Source: Malacoraja senta (Eukaryota). Taken from it: a stretch of DNA of 64,000 nucleotides. The notes under the pieces were generated by a model, which saw only the letters and a program-made list of their open reading frames with translations, did not search any database and was not told the DNA's origin. The DNA lies in NCBI GenBank assembly GCA_038087875.1, contig JAXLNO010003982.1:124001-188000 (forward strand). The letters run 5' to 3'. Position numbers and translations under genes: made by a program. Shown here piece after piece: positions 1-10,520 of this stretch (its first letter is position 1; every line of letters begins with the position of its first letter).

Positions 1-195
1 TGTTCTCCCTGTGACTGCGTGGGTTTCCTCCCACACTACAAAGACATACAGGTTTGTAGGTTACTTGGCTTAGGTAAAATTGTAAATTGTCCGTACTGTG
101 TAGGTTAGTGTAAATGTATGGGTTGATCACTATTCAGCGAGGACTCAGTGAGCTGAGGGGCCTGTATCTGCAGCATATCTCTAAAGCCTAAAGTC
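1..195 (+). mobile_element. tRNA-derived V-SINE (HE1-like), 3' part
   Basis: V-domain-type core GTTCTCCCTGTGACTGCGTGGGTTT...CCCACACT.CAAAGAC and a TAAA-type tail. Confidence 0.8.
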
Positions 196-293
196 TAAAT
201 CCACAGCTTAGTTAAGAGTGTGAGTTGAGACTGTTATCTCAGTCCAGGAGATTTATGGTCTCAAGTGATCAGCCTCATTGACTTGCCACTTAC

Positions 294-566
294 CCTGTGG
301 AACATTGACTCCCTGCAGCAGAGTTGCATGTTCGATGTAACAGGAGAATTTTGCCACATCTTCTCTATTCAGTTGAATTGTATTCTTCAGCTGGTAAGTC
401 CCATCCCAATTGGGCAACAGATCACTGGATTCAGACTCATGGACCCCCTCACCATCTCTCAGCCACGTTACATCGATGGCCCGTGGCTAGAAGCCTGTGA
501 CAAGGCAGGAGAGTCTCAGTGATTGCGACCCATCACGTTTAATCCCAATAAACACCTCAGGGGTTT
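294..566 (-). CDS. MHC class I-like exon 4 (alpha3, Ig C1-set) with in-frame TAG
   Basis: Acceptor ttgcag|AA, donor G|GTAAGT, 273 nt: ETPEVF...LSCLVTGF*PRAIDVTWLRDG...LLPNWDGTYQL...FSCYIEHATL. The stop replaces Tyr of the GFYP motif. Confidence 0.92.
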
Positions 567-1380
567 CTGCAAGTGTAAGAAGAGTCAGAATCAGTGAAGA
601 CATGAACAAAAGCCTTCAATTGTAAGATCACTGCAACTCACCACTTTCCCAATCAGAGTTTTTTCTCTGGCTGAACTAAGTTTTCAGTCTAGACCCAAAA
701 TGCTGGAATAACTCAGCAGGTCAGGCAGCATTCTGGAGAGAAGGAATGCCCAGAGATGCTATCTGACCCACTGAGTTACACCAACATCTTCTATCTTCAG
801 TGTAAACCATCATCTGCAGTTCTATCTTGCACAAAGTTTACAGCCTTTTCTCTTTTCATTTTGCATTTCTGGCAAAACAACAAAACATTTAGCTTTAATA
901 TCACTGACATGCTCCTTATCTTAGCTCCAGGCTTTAAATGACAGCACAGATGAAAGGGGAATGCAGGCCCAATGGAGGAGTATAACTCACCATTGGGATT
1001 GATACTGTAGACATGATTGCTTCTACCTGTTCATGAATCTCTGCTGAATAATAACACTAAATATTCCAAGAGGGAATGGGAGGAAGAAGTTCTTCAAATA
1101 GAGAACTGTTGGAAATTGAATGTCACCATCCCAAGGAGTAATAGAGGCAAATAGAGAATCTGATTGGGTTTCTGATCAGTTCAGCAACAGACCCTTCAGG
1201 CCACAAGGTCGGTGCTAAACATAAGACCAAGATACATATTCCTCCATTTCCTGAATATCTATATGACTGTGGATAAAGGACACTGGTACAATATTTATCT
1301 TTCACTTGCACTTCCTACCCACTGGTTCCATCTAAGAGGCACGTTGCCAGACAATTTACTGATACCCACGTTGTAGAACA

Positions 1381-1671
1381 GGGTGGCGAAGCGATCGAGC
1401 TACTGCCTTACAGCGCCAGAGACCTGGGTTTGTTACTAACTACGGGTGCTTGTCTTTACAGAGTTTGTACGTTCTCCCTGTGACCTGCGTGGGTTTTATC
1501 CGAGATCTTCGGTTTCCCCTCACACTCGAAAGACGTACAAATTTGTAGGTTAATTGGATTGGTATAAATGCTAATTGTCCCTAGTGTGTGTAGGATAGTG
1601 TTAGTGTGCGGGCATGGCTGCTCGGTGCGGTCTCGGTGGGTTTCCGCGCTGTATCTCTAAACTAAACTAAA
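1381..1671 (+). mobile_element. V-SINE (HE1-like), near full length
   Basis: tRNA-like head with A/B-box remnants, V-core, (TAAAC)n tail. Confidence 0.85.
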
Positions 1672-1770
1672 TAATTACTCAAGTGACAGCCTGAAGTGCA
1701 TGATATTTCCCACCTGATCTATCCAGAGGATATCCTCTGGCCCATCAGTCAGAGTGCCTACGTCGTGTAC

Positions 1771-2045
1771 CTCTCCTCTGTAGTGCTTCTTGTCCACACT
1801 CCAGATATATCCGCAGCCACTTCACACAGTCCTTCTCCAGGAGATCTTTAAAATACTTGTCATGAAGGTGTTGACGTTCCACCGATCTGCTAGCATCTGG
1901 AAATCTGGACGTAGTGCAATCCAGCGCATTCTGTCCTTGTCAAAAGCACAGGCATCCTCCCCATCATAACCCAGTCTGACAAACCCATCAGTGGAATTGT
2001 CACTGTCCACTTCACAGCCGCAGAAACCCTGCACAAAGCAAACAG
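1771..2045 (-). CDS. MHC class I-like exon 3 (alpha2 domain), frameshifted
   Basis: Acceptor cccag|CT, donor G|GTACAC. 275 nt, one short of a phase-1/1 exon of 276 nt. QGFCGCEV...GYDGED...DRW in one frame; LLEKDCVKWLRIYLECGQEALQRR in the next frame. Confidence 0.92.
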
Positions 2046-2331
2046 CTGGGGCTGAGGTAGGGGTGGAGGATTTGTGTTGGGGAGAGTGGATGGAAGGGAG
2101 AGGCAATTTACAAATCAGTTCTCAGCATGGTACAAACAGGCATAACAGAACACAACATGGAGCTGTACAGCACAGGAGCAGGTTTAGCTCAGAGATACAG
2201 CGCGGAAACAGGCCCTTCGGCCCACCGAGTCCGCACCGACCAGTGGTCCCCGCATATTAACACTATCCTACACAGACTACTTTTCTTTTCCAGCTTTCTC
2301 CACTCTACCCCATCACTCTAAATGGTCCTGG

Positions 2332-4566
2332 TGTGGCGGCAGCCTATACACGGGCCACTTATGCTCGAACCCTCGTCAGGAAGTATGAGGGCGGGCACGT
2401 GACGTCATGGGCTAGAGGGAGTGTCCTGGTACATAAGGTCATCTCACCTCGATACCACCAGGTGTTCAACCGGTAGCTGAGCCCGAGGGAACAACCTCGC
2501 TCAGCTTCAGCAACAACATTAATAATAGTTAGCGCACCAACCTAACGTGTCGACCCTTGAATAAACAACTGTTTGAACCGGCCTGACAGGTCTCCTCTTT
2601 ATTCACCACGTTTGGTGCCGCTACATTGGTGACCCCCGACTGTCCAAATTGAAATTTGGATTTCTCCTGAAGCTCGCAGCCTCGGGAGACCTGATGTCTG
2701 CAGCCGACTGCCCAGCCCTGCAGAACTACGCTGCCGCCAACCCGGCCCTGCGGTAATGTATGCCGCTACATCTGGGATGCCGCCGCTTCCCCACCAGCTG
2801 CTGCTCACCGGAGCTAAGAAGCCACGGCTGCCGCCGCTCTCCCGCTCCCGGCAACGGGGCAGGCCGCCTTGTGTGACGGCCACCGAGCTCCCCCGCATGA
2901 CCTGCCCGGAGCCGACTACCGCAGTGGAGAGGTTTTACCTGCCCCCGTTGCCCCACCAGCTGCTGCAGGAGCTGCGAGCGTAGCAGCCTCCTGCCCACAG
3001 CAAACCCGACGGCCCCTGGAGCGGAGAGAGTACCTGCCGCTCTCCCACTCCCGACAACGCACCAGGGCCCGGCCTCACACCGCGAACATGGCTCCAGGCC
3101 CTGCACTGCACCGGGCCTCTCCGCTCCAGGCCGTGCCCCGGCCTCACCTCATCGCGGACCCAGCACTGCAAAGGGCCTCACCGCAGCAACGGCTCCACGT
3201 CCTGCACCGCACCTGGCCCCGCCGGCCGCTGCCGAGGGCCTGGCCACCCGATAGGGCGGTCTTACCTGGGGCGCCTGCCGAAGTCGGCCTTTTTCTCCTC
3301 ACCGGCGTGGACTCCGAAGATCCCTGGGCGCTGGCTGTCTGCCTGTCCAGCCCAGGGATTCAATTGCTGGTGAAGGCCGCCTCAGCCGGCCGGCAAAATG
3401 GCCGCCGCGGCCTCCCGAACAAGCGGCCGACAAACTACAACTAAAATGGCCGCTGAGAAAAGCGAACTCACCTGACCGCCATCCACAGCGCCACCTTCCG
3501 CCCGGATGCCGTCACTGCAGCCTCACCGCCATCCACAGCGCCACCTTCCGCCCGGATGCCGTCACTGCAGCCTCACCGCCGTCCACAGCGCCACCTTCCA
3601 GCTGGATGTCGTCCCTGCATCCTGACTACCGGCAACAGCGCCACTGTCAGGTCGGAGGCTGTCACTGCAACGCTGCACAGCTTTCAAATCCTGCACTATG
3701 AACATTGGACAATTTGAACTTGCACTGATTGCACTGTAATTTGTGGGGTTTTTTTTTTCTGTTCATTTTGTGTTCACTGCATCACCACGCACCACGCTGA
3801 GTTCAGCAATTAGTTTGTTTATTTTATTTCGGGTTTTGTTTTCCCTCAAAGATGACGACGTCTCCCAGCCATTCATGGGGGCCGCATTTTACAGGACACT
3901 CTCCCTTAGCTGGTCGAGGAGATGCGACTGTGTCTCTTCTGTCCGGCGGTTACTGCATCGGTCCCCTCGCACCCCTCGGTACCTCGGGATCGCCCACGCA
4001 GAGCGTTACTGCGCCCGTGGGCCCTCCGTCCCGACCCACGCCCGGGGTGTCCCAGACCCACATGCAGTAGCCGCCCTCGACCATGCTATTCCTTCCGTCC
4101 GGCGGTTTCTGCATCGGTCCCCTCGCACCCCTCGGTACCTCGGGATCGCCCACGCAGAGCGTTACTGCGCCCGTGGGCCCTCCGTCCCGACCCACGCCCG
4201 GGGTGTCCCAGACCCACATGCAGAAGCCGCCCTCGACTATGCTATTCCTTCCTCTGGTTCTGGGGGGGATCCTGTGGCGGCAGCCTATACACGGGCCACT
4301 TATGCTCGAACCCTCGTCAGGAAGTACGAGGGCGGGCACGTGACGTCATGGGCTAGAGGGAGTGTCCTGGTACATAAGGTCATCTCACCTCGAGACCACC
4401 AGGTGTTCAACCGGTAGCTGAGCCCGAGGGAACAACCTCGCTCAGCTTCAGCAACAACATTAATAATAGTTAGCGCACCAACCTAACGTGTCGACCCTTG
4501 AATAAACAACTGTTTGAACCGGCCTGACAGGTCTCCTCTTTATTCACCACGTTTGGTGCCGCTACA
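2332..4566 (+). mobile_element. Non-autonomous LTR retrotransposon (Gypsy-like cis elements; TRIM/LARD-type)
   Basis: 294-bp LTRs at 2332-2625 and 4273-4566 (TGT...ACA, 2 mismatches seen). 4-bp TSD CTGG. PBS TGGTGACCCCCGAC resembles the tRNA-Trp 3' complement. G-rich PPT before the 3' LTR. No recognisable gag/pol in the 1.65-kb interior. Confidence 0.88.
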
Positions 4567-6092
4567 CTGGTCTCATATGTTTTCTGTCCATTTTTCCACA
4601 GCATGCTGCCTGACTCGTTGAGTTCCTCCTGTTTGTTTTAAATTCAGATTGGCAGCATCTGCAGTTTGCTGTGACTCCATCTTAGCACAATGGATGATCA
4701 ATGTGGATTCAGTGAGCAGAAGGGCCGGTTTCCATGCTGTGTGACTCAATGACCCATGGTCTATATACTGAGGGCATGGACTAACCTTAAGTGTTATGGG
4801 GGGAGCTTTACTGTTGCGGATGTAACACTAAAGGAGTTCTGCTGTGTCAGAAGGGTGGAACTCAGATTCTGCACTGTCGTACATAAAGAACAGAGGAAGA
4901 AGTGCATTGTCAGATGGGCAATGCTACAGAGCCAACAGGTCAGTCTGAAGGTTAAGGCAATGCAGATGGGAAGTACATCAAGGCTGTTGCACTGTGTGGG
5001 ATTGCTACACCCTCTGAGGATTGTTGCCAATATTGAGGGGATGCTGGATTAACACAATATTATTACTGAGGGAATACCTCATAGTCACCATCAACCAGCT
5101 TAAATCAAGATCCCATCTCTAGATGATCAGGCTATAAATAAACTAATGGTTTCTCCCTCATTCCAGCCCAACAAAACAGATGATCCAATCCATCCACTTA
5201 TTACTGGTGTTGAATATCAAATGCTTAACCCATAAAGAGACTATCACCAGCCAACTGTTATGACTGTGTGTTCAGCAGTTAGGACACATTAAATATAGAC
5301 GATGGGCCGTGTCTCTATCAAAATGTTATGGAGTAAATGTCTGAAACAGCATCAATGGTGCTGAAGTGAAAAAGGTTGAGAGTTTCTGGTTCCCCTACTG
5401 CCTCAGGAGACTAAGGAAATGCGGCATCTCCAATGACTCTTACAAACTTCTACAAATGTGCCATAGAAAGCATACTGACAGGTTGCATCACAACTTAGTT
5501 TGGAAAGAGTTCTGCCCAAGACCGCTGGAAATTGCAGAGAGGTGGAGATGTAGCACAGTCGATCACACAAACATGATTCCCCACCAGTGAATCCATCTGT
5601 ATTTCAACTGGTTCAGGAAAGCACAGTCGATCACACAAACATGATTCCCCACCAGTGAATCCATCTGTATTTCAACTGGTTCAGGAAAGCAGACAACATA
5701 ATCAAAGATTTGTCCCGTTCTGGTCACTCCTTCCTGCAGAAGGTACGTAAGCATTAAAGCGTGCACCACCAGACTCAGTAACTGTTTCCTCCCCTATGTT
5801 ATCAGGTTTCTGAACAGTCCTCCCTTATGCTAGGGTTCACCTCAACCCCATTGTAGACACTGGACTTTGTCTCTGGCACTGGTACATTACAATGCTGAGA
5901 ACTACATTCTGCACTCTTTGCTCTACCTATTGTACGAGTTTGGTTTGATTGTATTTATGAATAGTTTTCTTTGATGTGATTGACTAACGCAAAAAAAGTG
6001 TATCAGAGAATCATGTGTCAACAATAAAACTAAAACAAAATCCATCTGTGTCATCACTGAGTGTCTACCCCAGGTCCGCTCACGACACTTAC

Positions 6093-6353
6093 TCGAGATA
6101 CCATGTTGCTGTTGGTAGACTATCTCAGCATTTCCTCTGACAATCCCATGAAAACCTGCAACTGTGATGGCCATTGAATCCCAGTGATCATGCGGGAAAG
6201 ACTGGGCCATCCATCGCTGTCTGGGAACAGCCCGCTCTAGTGTGCTGTCAAAATATGCTATCTGGACGTCATCCAGCATTGCTACCATACTGTACTCAGG
6301 CAGCTCATTCAATCCATGGTTCAACAGGTAGTAAAATGCAAGATGGTGTAAAT
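6093..6353 (-). CDS. MHC class I-like exon 2 (alpha1 domain)
   Basis: Acceptor ttgcag|AT, donor A|GTAAGT, 261 nt, open frame: DLHHLAFYYLLNHGLNELPEYSMVAMLDDVQIAYFDSTLERAVPRQRWM...HWD...QQQHGIS. Matches the class I alpha1 PE(F/Y)...LDD.QI.YFDS...VPR..WM pattern. Confidence 0.92.
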
Positions 6354-6543
6354 CTGCAATGCATAAACAAAAATAAGTATGATTGTATCATTCACTGAAA
6401 ATAACTAAGTTATTAATGCTAAAACTGATAACAATACAATAACTTTGAATAAGGGAGTCACAAGGACCTGCAGATGCAAGTGCTGGATGAACTCAGTGGG
6501 GCAGGCAGCATCAATGATCAGGTGACAATTTGGGTCAGGAGCC

Positions 6544-6850
6544 TTTAGTTTAGTTTTTAGCTTAGAGATACAGCATGGAAACAGGCCCTTCGTGCGAGTC
6601 CACACTGACCAGCAACCCCCACACAATAACACTATCCTACACACACTAGGGACAATTTACATTCTAGACCAAGCCAATTAACCTACAAACCTATACGTCT
6701 TTGGAATGTGGGAAGAATCCGAACATCTCGGGAAAAACCCACACGGTAATGGGGAGAATGGACAAACTCCGTACAGACAGCATCCGTAATCAGGATCCAA
6801 CCTGGGTCTATGGTGCTGTAATCGAGTAAGTCTACCGCTGCACCACTGAG
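6544..6850 (-). mobile_element. V-SINE (HE1-like)
   Basis: Reverse complement of the same SINE consensus. Confidence 0.82.
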
Positions 6851-9800
6851 CCTTCTTCAAGAGTTGGCATGATGGGCTCTGATACCTACTCCACCAATTA
6901 TGGTCGAGGTATTGAATGATCCTACTGGATTGTTTCCCATCTTCAAAGATCTATTATTGTCTATCATGTCGATAGGTTCTACTAGTTACAATATTCCAAA
7001 ATTTGAAGAATATTTTATTATATTAAGAAACTGGACAATGTCAAGGAGACTTTATAGAATCATAGAGAGGTAAAGTCAAAGAGTCATACAGCAGGGAATC
7101 AGGGCCTATGGCTCAACTTGCCACACCAACCAACATGCCTCATCTACACTACCTGTATTTCATCAGTACATAAGTTCTAGGAGAATAATTAGGCCATTCA
7201 GCCCATCGGCCATTCAATCATGGCTGAGCTATCTCTCCCTATCAACCACATTCTCCTGCCTGCACCCCATAACCCTTGAAACCCATACTGATCAAGAATC
7301 TGTTAATCTCCACCTGAGAAATATCCATTGATGTGGGCTCTACAGCTGACTGAGGCCCATATCCTTATAAGCCTATCCTATCCATGTACCTGATTAAATG
7401 ATTCTTAAATGTCGTGACAGTACGCGCCTGAACTACCTTCTCCGGCAGTTCATTCAGTACACCCACCACCCTTTGTGTAACAATGCTATGCCTCAGGTTC
7501 CTATTAAATCATTCCCCCCTCATCTTAAACTTATGTTCACTGGGTACAGCACATAAAAGGCCCTTTAGCCCACCAAGTTCGTGGTGACCATCAAACACCT
7601 ATTTATACCTGTGGTACGCTAACCCTTTTAATATTTGCCAATCTCCCATTAACACCTCCCTCATCCCCTCCACCAATTCTAATACATATGCATGACCAAT
7701 TCACACTGGCCAATTTACCTTTCAGCCCGGCATTTTGGGGACGTGCGGGGAAACTGGAATAACCATAGCAAACACACGTTTGCAGGGGGAAAAAAAAGCC
7801 AGGTTGTAAGAGATCAGGATTGAGTCCAGGTCCTCATAGGCAGCTGCAACACAGCTCATAGAGATGGGGGGGGGGGTGGTGGAGACTGAGATAAACAGGG
7901 CCTAAATTGAAACTCGACACAAAATACTGGAGTAACTCAGTGGGTCAGGCAGCATCTCCGGAGAAAAGGAAAAGGTGACGTTTCGTGTCGAGACCCTTCT
8001 TCAGAATGAGAGTCAGGGGACAGAGAACCGAGAGATATGACAAAGTACAATGAAATATATGCACCCCCGACTCTGTCTGATGCAGTGTCTTGACCTGAAA
8101 CTCCACCTATTCCTTTTCTCCAGCGATGCTGCCTGACTTGCTGAGTTACTCCAGCCTTTTGTAGCTATCTTCGGTGTAAACCAGCATCTGCATCAGCAGT
8201 CAGAAGAAGGGTCTCGACCCGAAACGTCACCCATACCTTCTCTCTAGGGATGCTGCCTGTGCCGCTGAGTTACTCCAGCTTTATTGTCTATCTTCGGTTT
8301 AAATCAGCTTCTGCAGTTCCTTCTTACACATCTGCACTTCCTTCCTACACTTGTGTCAACTGAAACATCACCTAACCATGTTCTCCAGACATACTGCCTG
8401 ACCTGCTGAATTACTCCAGTATTTTATGTGTATTAACCAGCATGTGCAGTTTCTTGTTTCCACATGCATAAGCAGTATTTGTTCTGTGATAAAGATTACA
8501 TGCAGCACACCAGACAGTGTCAAAGTTCATGTGTTTAAGTGAAGTGAGAAGGGGCCCCGAGGGCAGAGTTAGAAGTGTCTGTTTCAGTGTTACCAGGAGA
8601 AACATAAGACGGCTAAGAGTGGAATACAGTAACGATAAAATCTATGTGGCTTCCCAAAACACTCCACAGCCGAGGATTTTTGTTTTATATGTTATTATTT
8701 CAACATGGCCATCACCATTATATGGTTTCGGCCCGAAACGTTGCCTATTTCCTTCGCTCCATAGATGCTGCTGCACCCGCTGACTTTCTCCAGCATTTTT
8801 GTGTACCTTCGATTTTCCAGCATCTGCAGTTCCTTCTTTAACACCATTATATTTACTTTCATTTGATAACAATGGGATGAAACTTTCAGGACGAGTAGGT
8901 TTGTAATCTCCAAGCCTTGATGAATGTCAGAATAGTTAGAAAGGTACCATTGTGTGGGAAGAAATTGCTCATCAGATTCCCATTCAATCTTTCCCCCCTC
9001 AATGTAAACCTATGTCCTCTGGTTCTCGATTCTGTAATCTGTTGAATATGTTGCCCACTTGAAAATTTCCAGATTGAGATTGATAGATTTTTGTTCATTA
9101 AGGGTGTAATGGGCTGGAGTTCGGCCACAATGTCTGTGCCGAACATGATGTCAAGTTCAACTAAACTCTTCATGCTTGTAGATGATTCATATCCCTCAAT
9201 TCCCTGCATATCCACGTGCCTATCCTCAAGCTTCTTAAATCTCATTATCGTCTTCTGGGGAAGTGGTGATGGGGTAATGGATAGGGTCTGCAGGACAGGA
9301 AGCATGCAACAAACAACAAGATGGCAACAACATTAACACAACATTGATTGGTCATTTAATGCAGGCTGAATTTTACCATCATGTGGGTGTCTAACACCAG
9401 CTGAGGAAATCTTGGAGAGGTGGAACACCTACTAATGCAGAAGTCACTTCTTTATTGAAAGTGCACATCACCTGAATTCTGTCTGAGGCATTAGTGCAAG
9501 GACAGATTGGACAAACATGGATTGTTTTCTCTTGTATACTGGAGGTTGAAGGGAGACCTGATGAAAGTGCACAACATGGTGAGAGGCACAGACAGAGTGG
9601 ACAGCCAGAACCTTTTTCCCAGGGTGGAAATGTTGAAGACCAGAGAACATCACTTTAAGGTTGGAGAAGCAATGTTCAAAGGAGATGAGCGGAGCAAGTT
9701 GTTTTATGTGGAGGGTGGTGGACATCTGTAACGCGCTGCCAGTGGTGGTTGTGGTGATGGTGGCAGATATAACAGTTACATTTCAGAGGCTTTTAGATAG

Positions 9801-10284
9801 GTACGTAGATAGGCAGGGAATGGCCGGATACAGATCACATACAGGTAGAGGAGATTAGTTTAGTTTGTTCGGCACAGACATTGTGGGCCGAAGGTAGACA
9901 AAATGCTGAGGTAACAGCGGGTCAGGCAGCATCTCTGGAGAAAAGGAACGGGTGACGTTTCGGGTCGAGACCCTTCTTCAGACTGAAGGACTGAAGGACC
10001 TGCTCCTGTGCTGTATTGTACTATGTTCTATGTTCATTATTTACATGTATTCAGTTCTTCTGTTCAATGGATTGCCAAGGTAACCATAGTATATATAACT
10101 TCCCACAGGAGCCTTTACAACTAAGGAAAGACCGTTACCCAAAATTATTAATACATTCAATTCAATCATTCAATTAATACATCCAAGACAATGAACCCAG
10201 GGCAAACACAGGCACTGTGCAACAGTAAATATAATCAGTTTTGTTGTTTCCTCAAAGTTCACAGGTTGAAGCAGTATTGCTTAC

Positions 10285-10336
10285 CAGAGGAGACAGTGGC
10301 CACACCGTAAGTGTTCAGTAAGGTAAAAAGAAGCAT
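10285..10336 (-). CDS. MHC class I-like exon 1 (leader peptide MLLFTLLNTYGVATVSS)
   Basis: ATG at 10336, 17 codons plus 1 nt, then donor G|GTAAGC. The G joins AT of the alpha1 exon to give Asp in frame. Confidence 0.8.
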
Positions 10337-10474
10337 GTTTAACAGCCGCCCACAGCACTATTTAACCAGCAGAGTAAATGCAGCAACAGTAACATAATCT
10401 CTTGTACGTTTTTAACAGAACTCTGGTGTGAAGGTAATTATTGGTCCATGTATACACAAACCTGATAACCAGAT

Positions 10475-10520
10475 CCAATGGGAATGAGACCACTTGTTCT
10501 CGTCACTAATTACCAGTGAA
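10475..10520 (-). promoter_or_regulatory. Candidate MHC X1/X2-Y (SXY) promoter module
   Basis: Gene strand reads CTGGTAATTAG-TGACG-21 nt-ATTGG about 140 bp upstream of the ATG. A forward CCAAT lies further downstream (plus-strand ATTGG at 10440-10444). Confidence 0.6.

Larger units (their letters stand above)
294..10336 (-). pseudogene. MHC class I heavy-chain-like gene (nonclassical), leader to alpha3 exons; probable pseudogene or null allele; 3' exons outside window
   Basis: Four exons in the correct order with GT-AG sites and phase-1 junctions: 52, 261, 275 and 273 nt. Translation gives a signal peptide, alpha1, alpha2 (GCE, YDGED, CVKWLRIYL) and a C1-set alpha3. Lesions: 1-nt deletion near 1861-1866 and TAG at 487-489. 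Confidence 0.93.

Noticed and set aside
1-293. Search for the MHC transmembrane exon
   Set aside because: Only a SINE and intronic sequence are present; the TM and cytoplasmic exons must lie outside the window if they exist.
265-522. 85-aa plus-strand ORF
   Set aside because: Antisense shadow of the MHC alpha3 exon.
2599-4417. Many overlapping 70-224-aa ORFs in the LTR element interior
   Set aside because: Expected in GC-rich tandem-repeat sequence; no gag, protease, RT or integrase motifs recognised.
5565-5695. Local ~67-bp direct duplication in intron 2
   Set aside because: Simple slippage inside a decayed LINE fragment; no sign of function.
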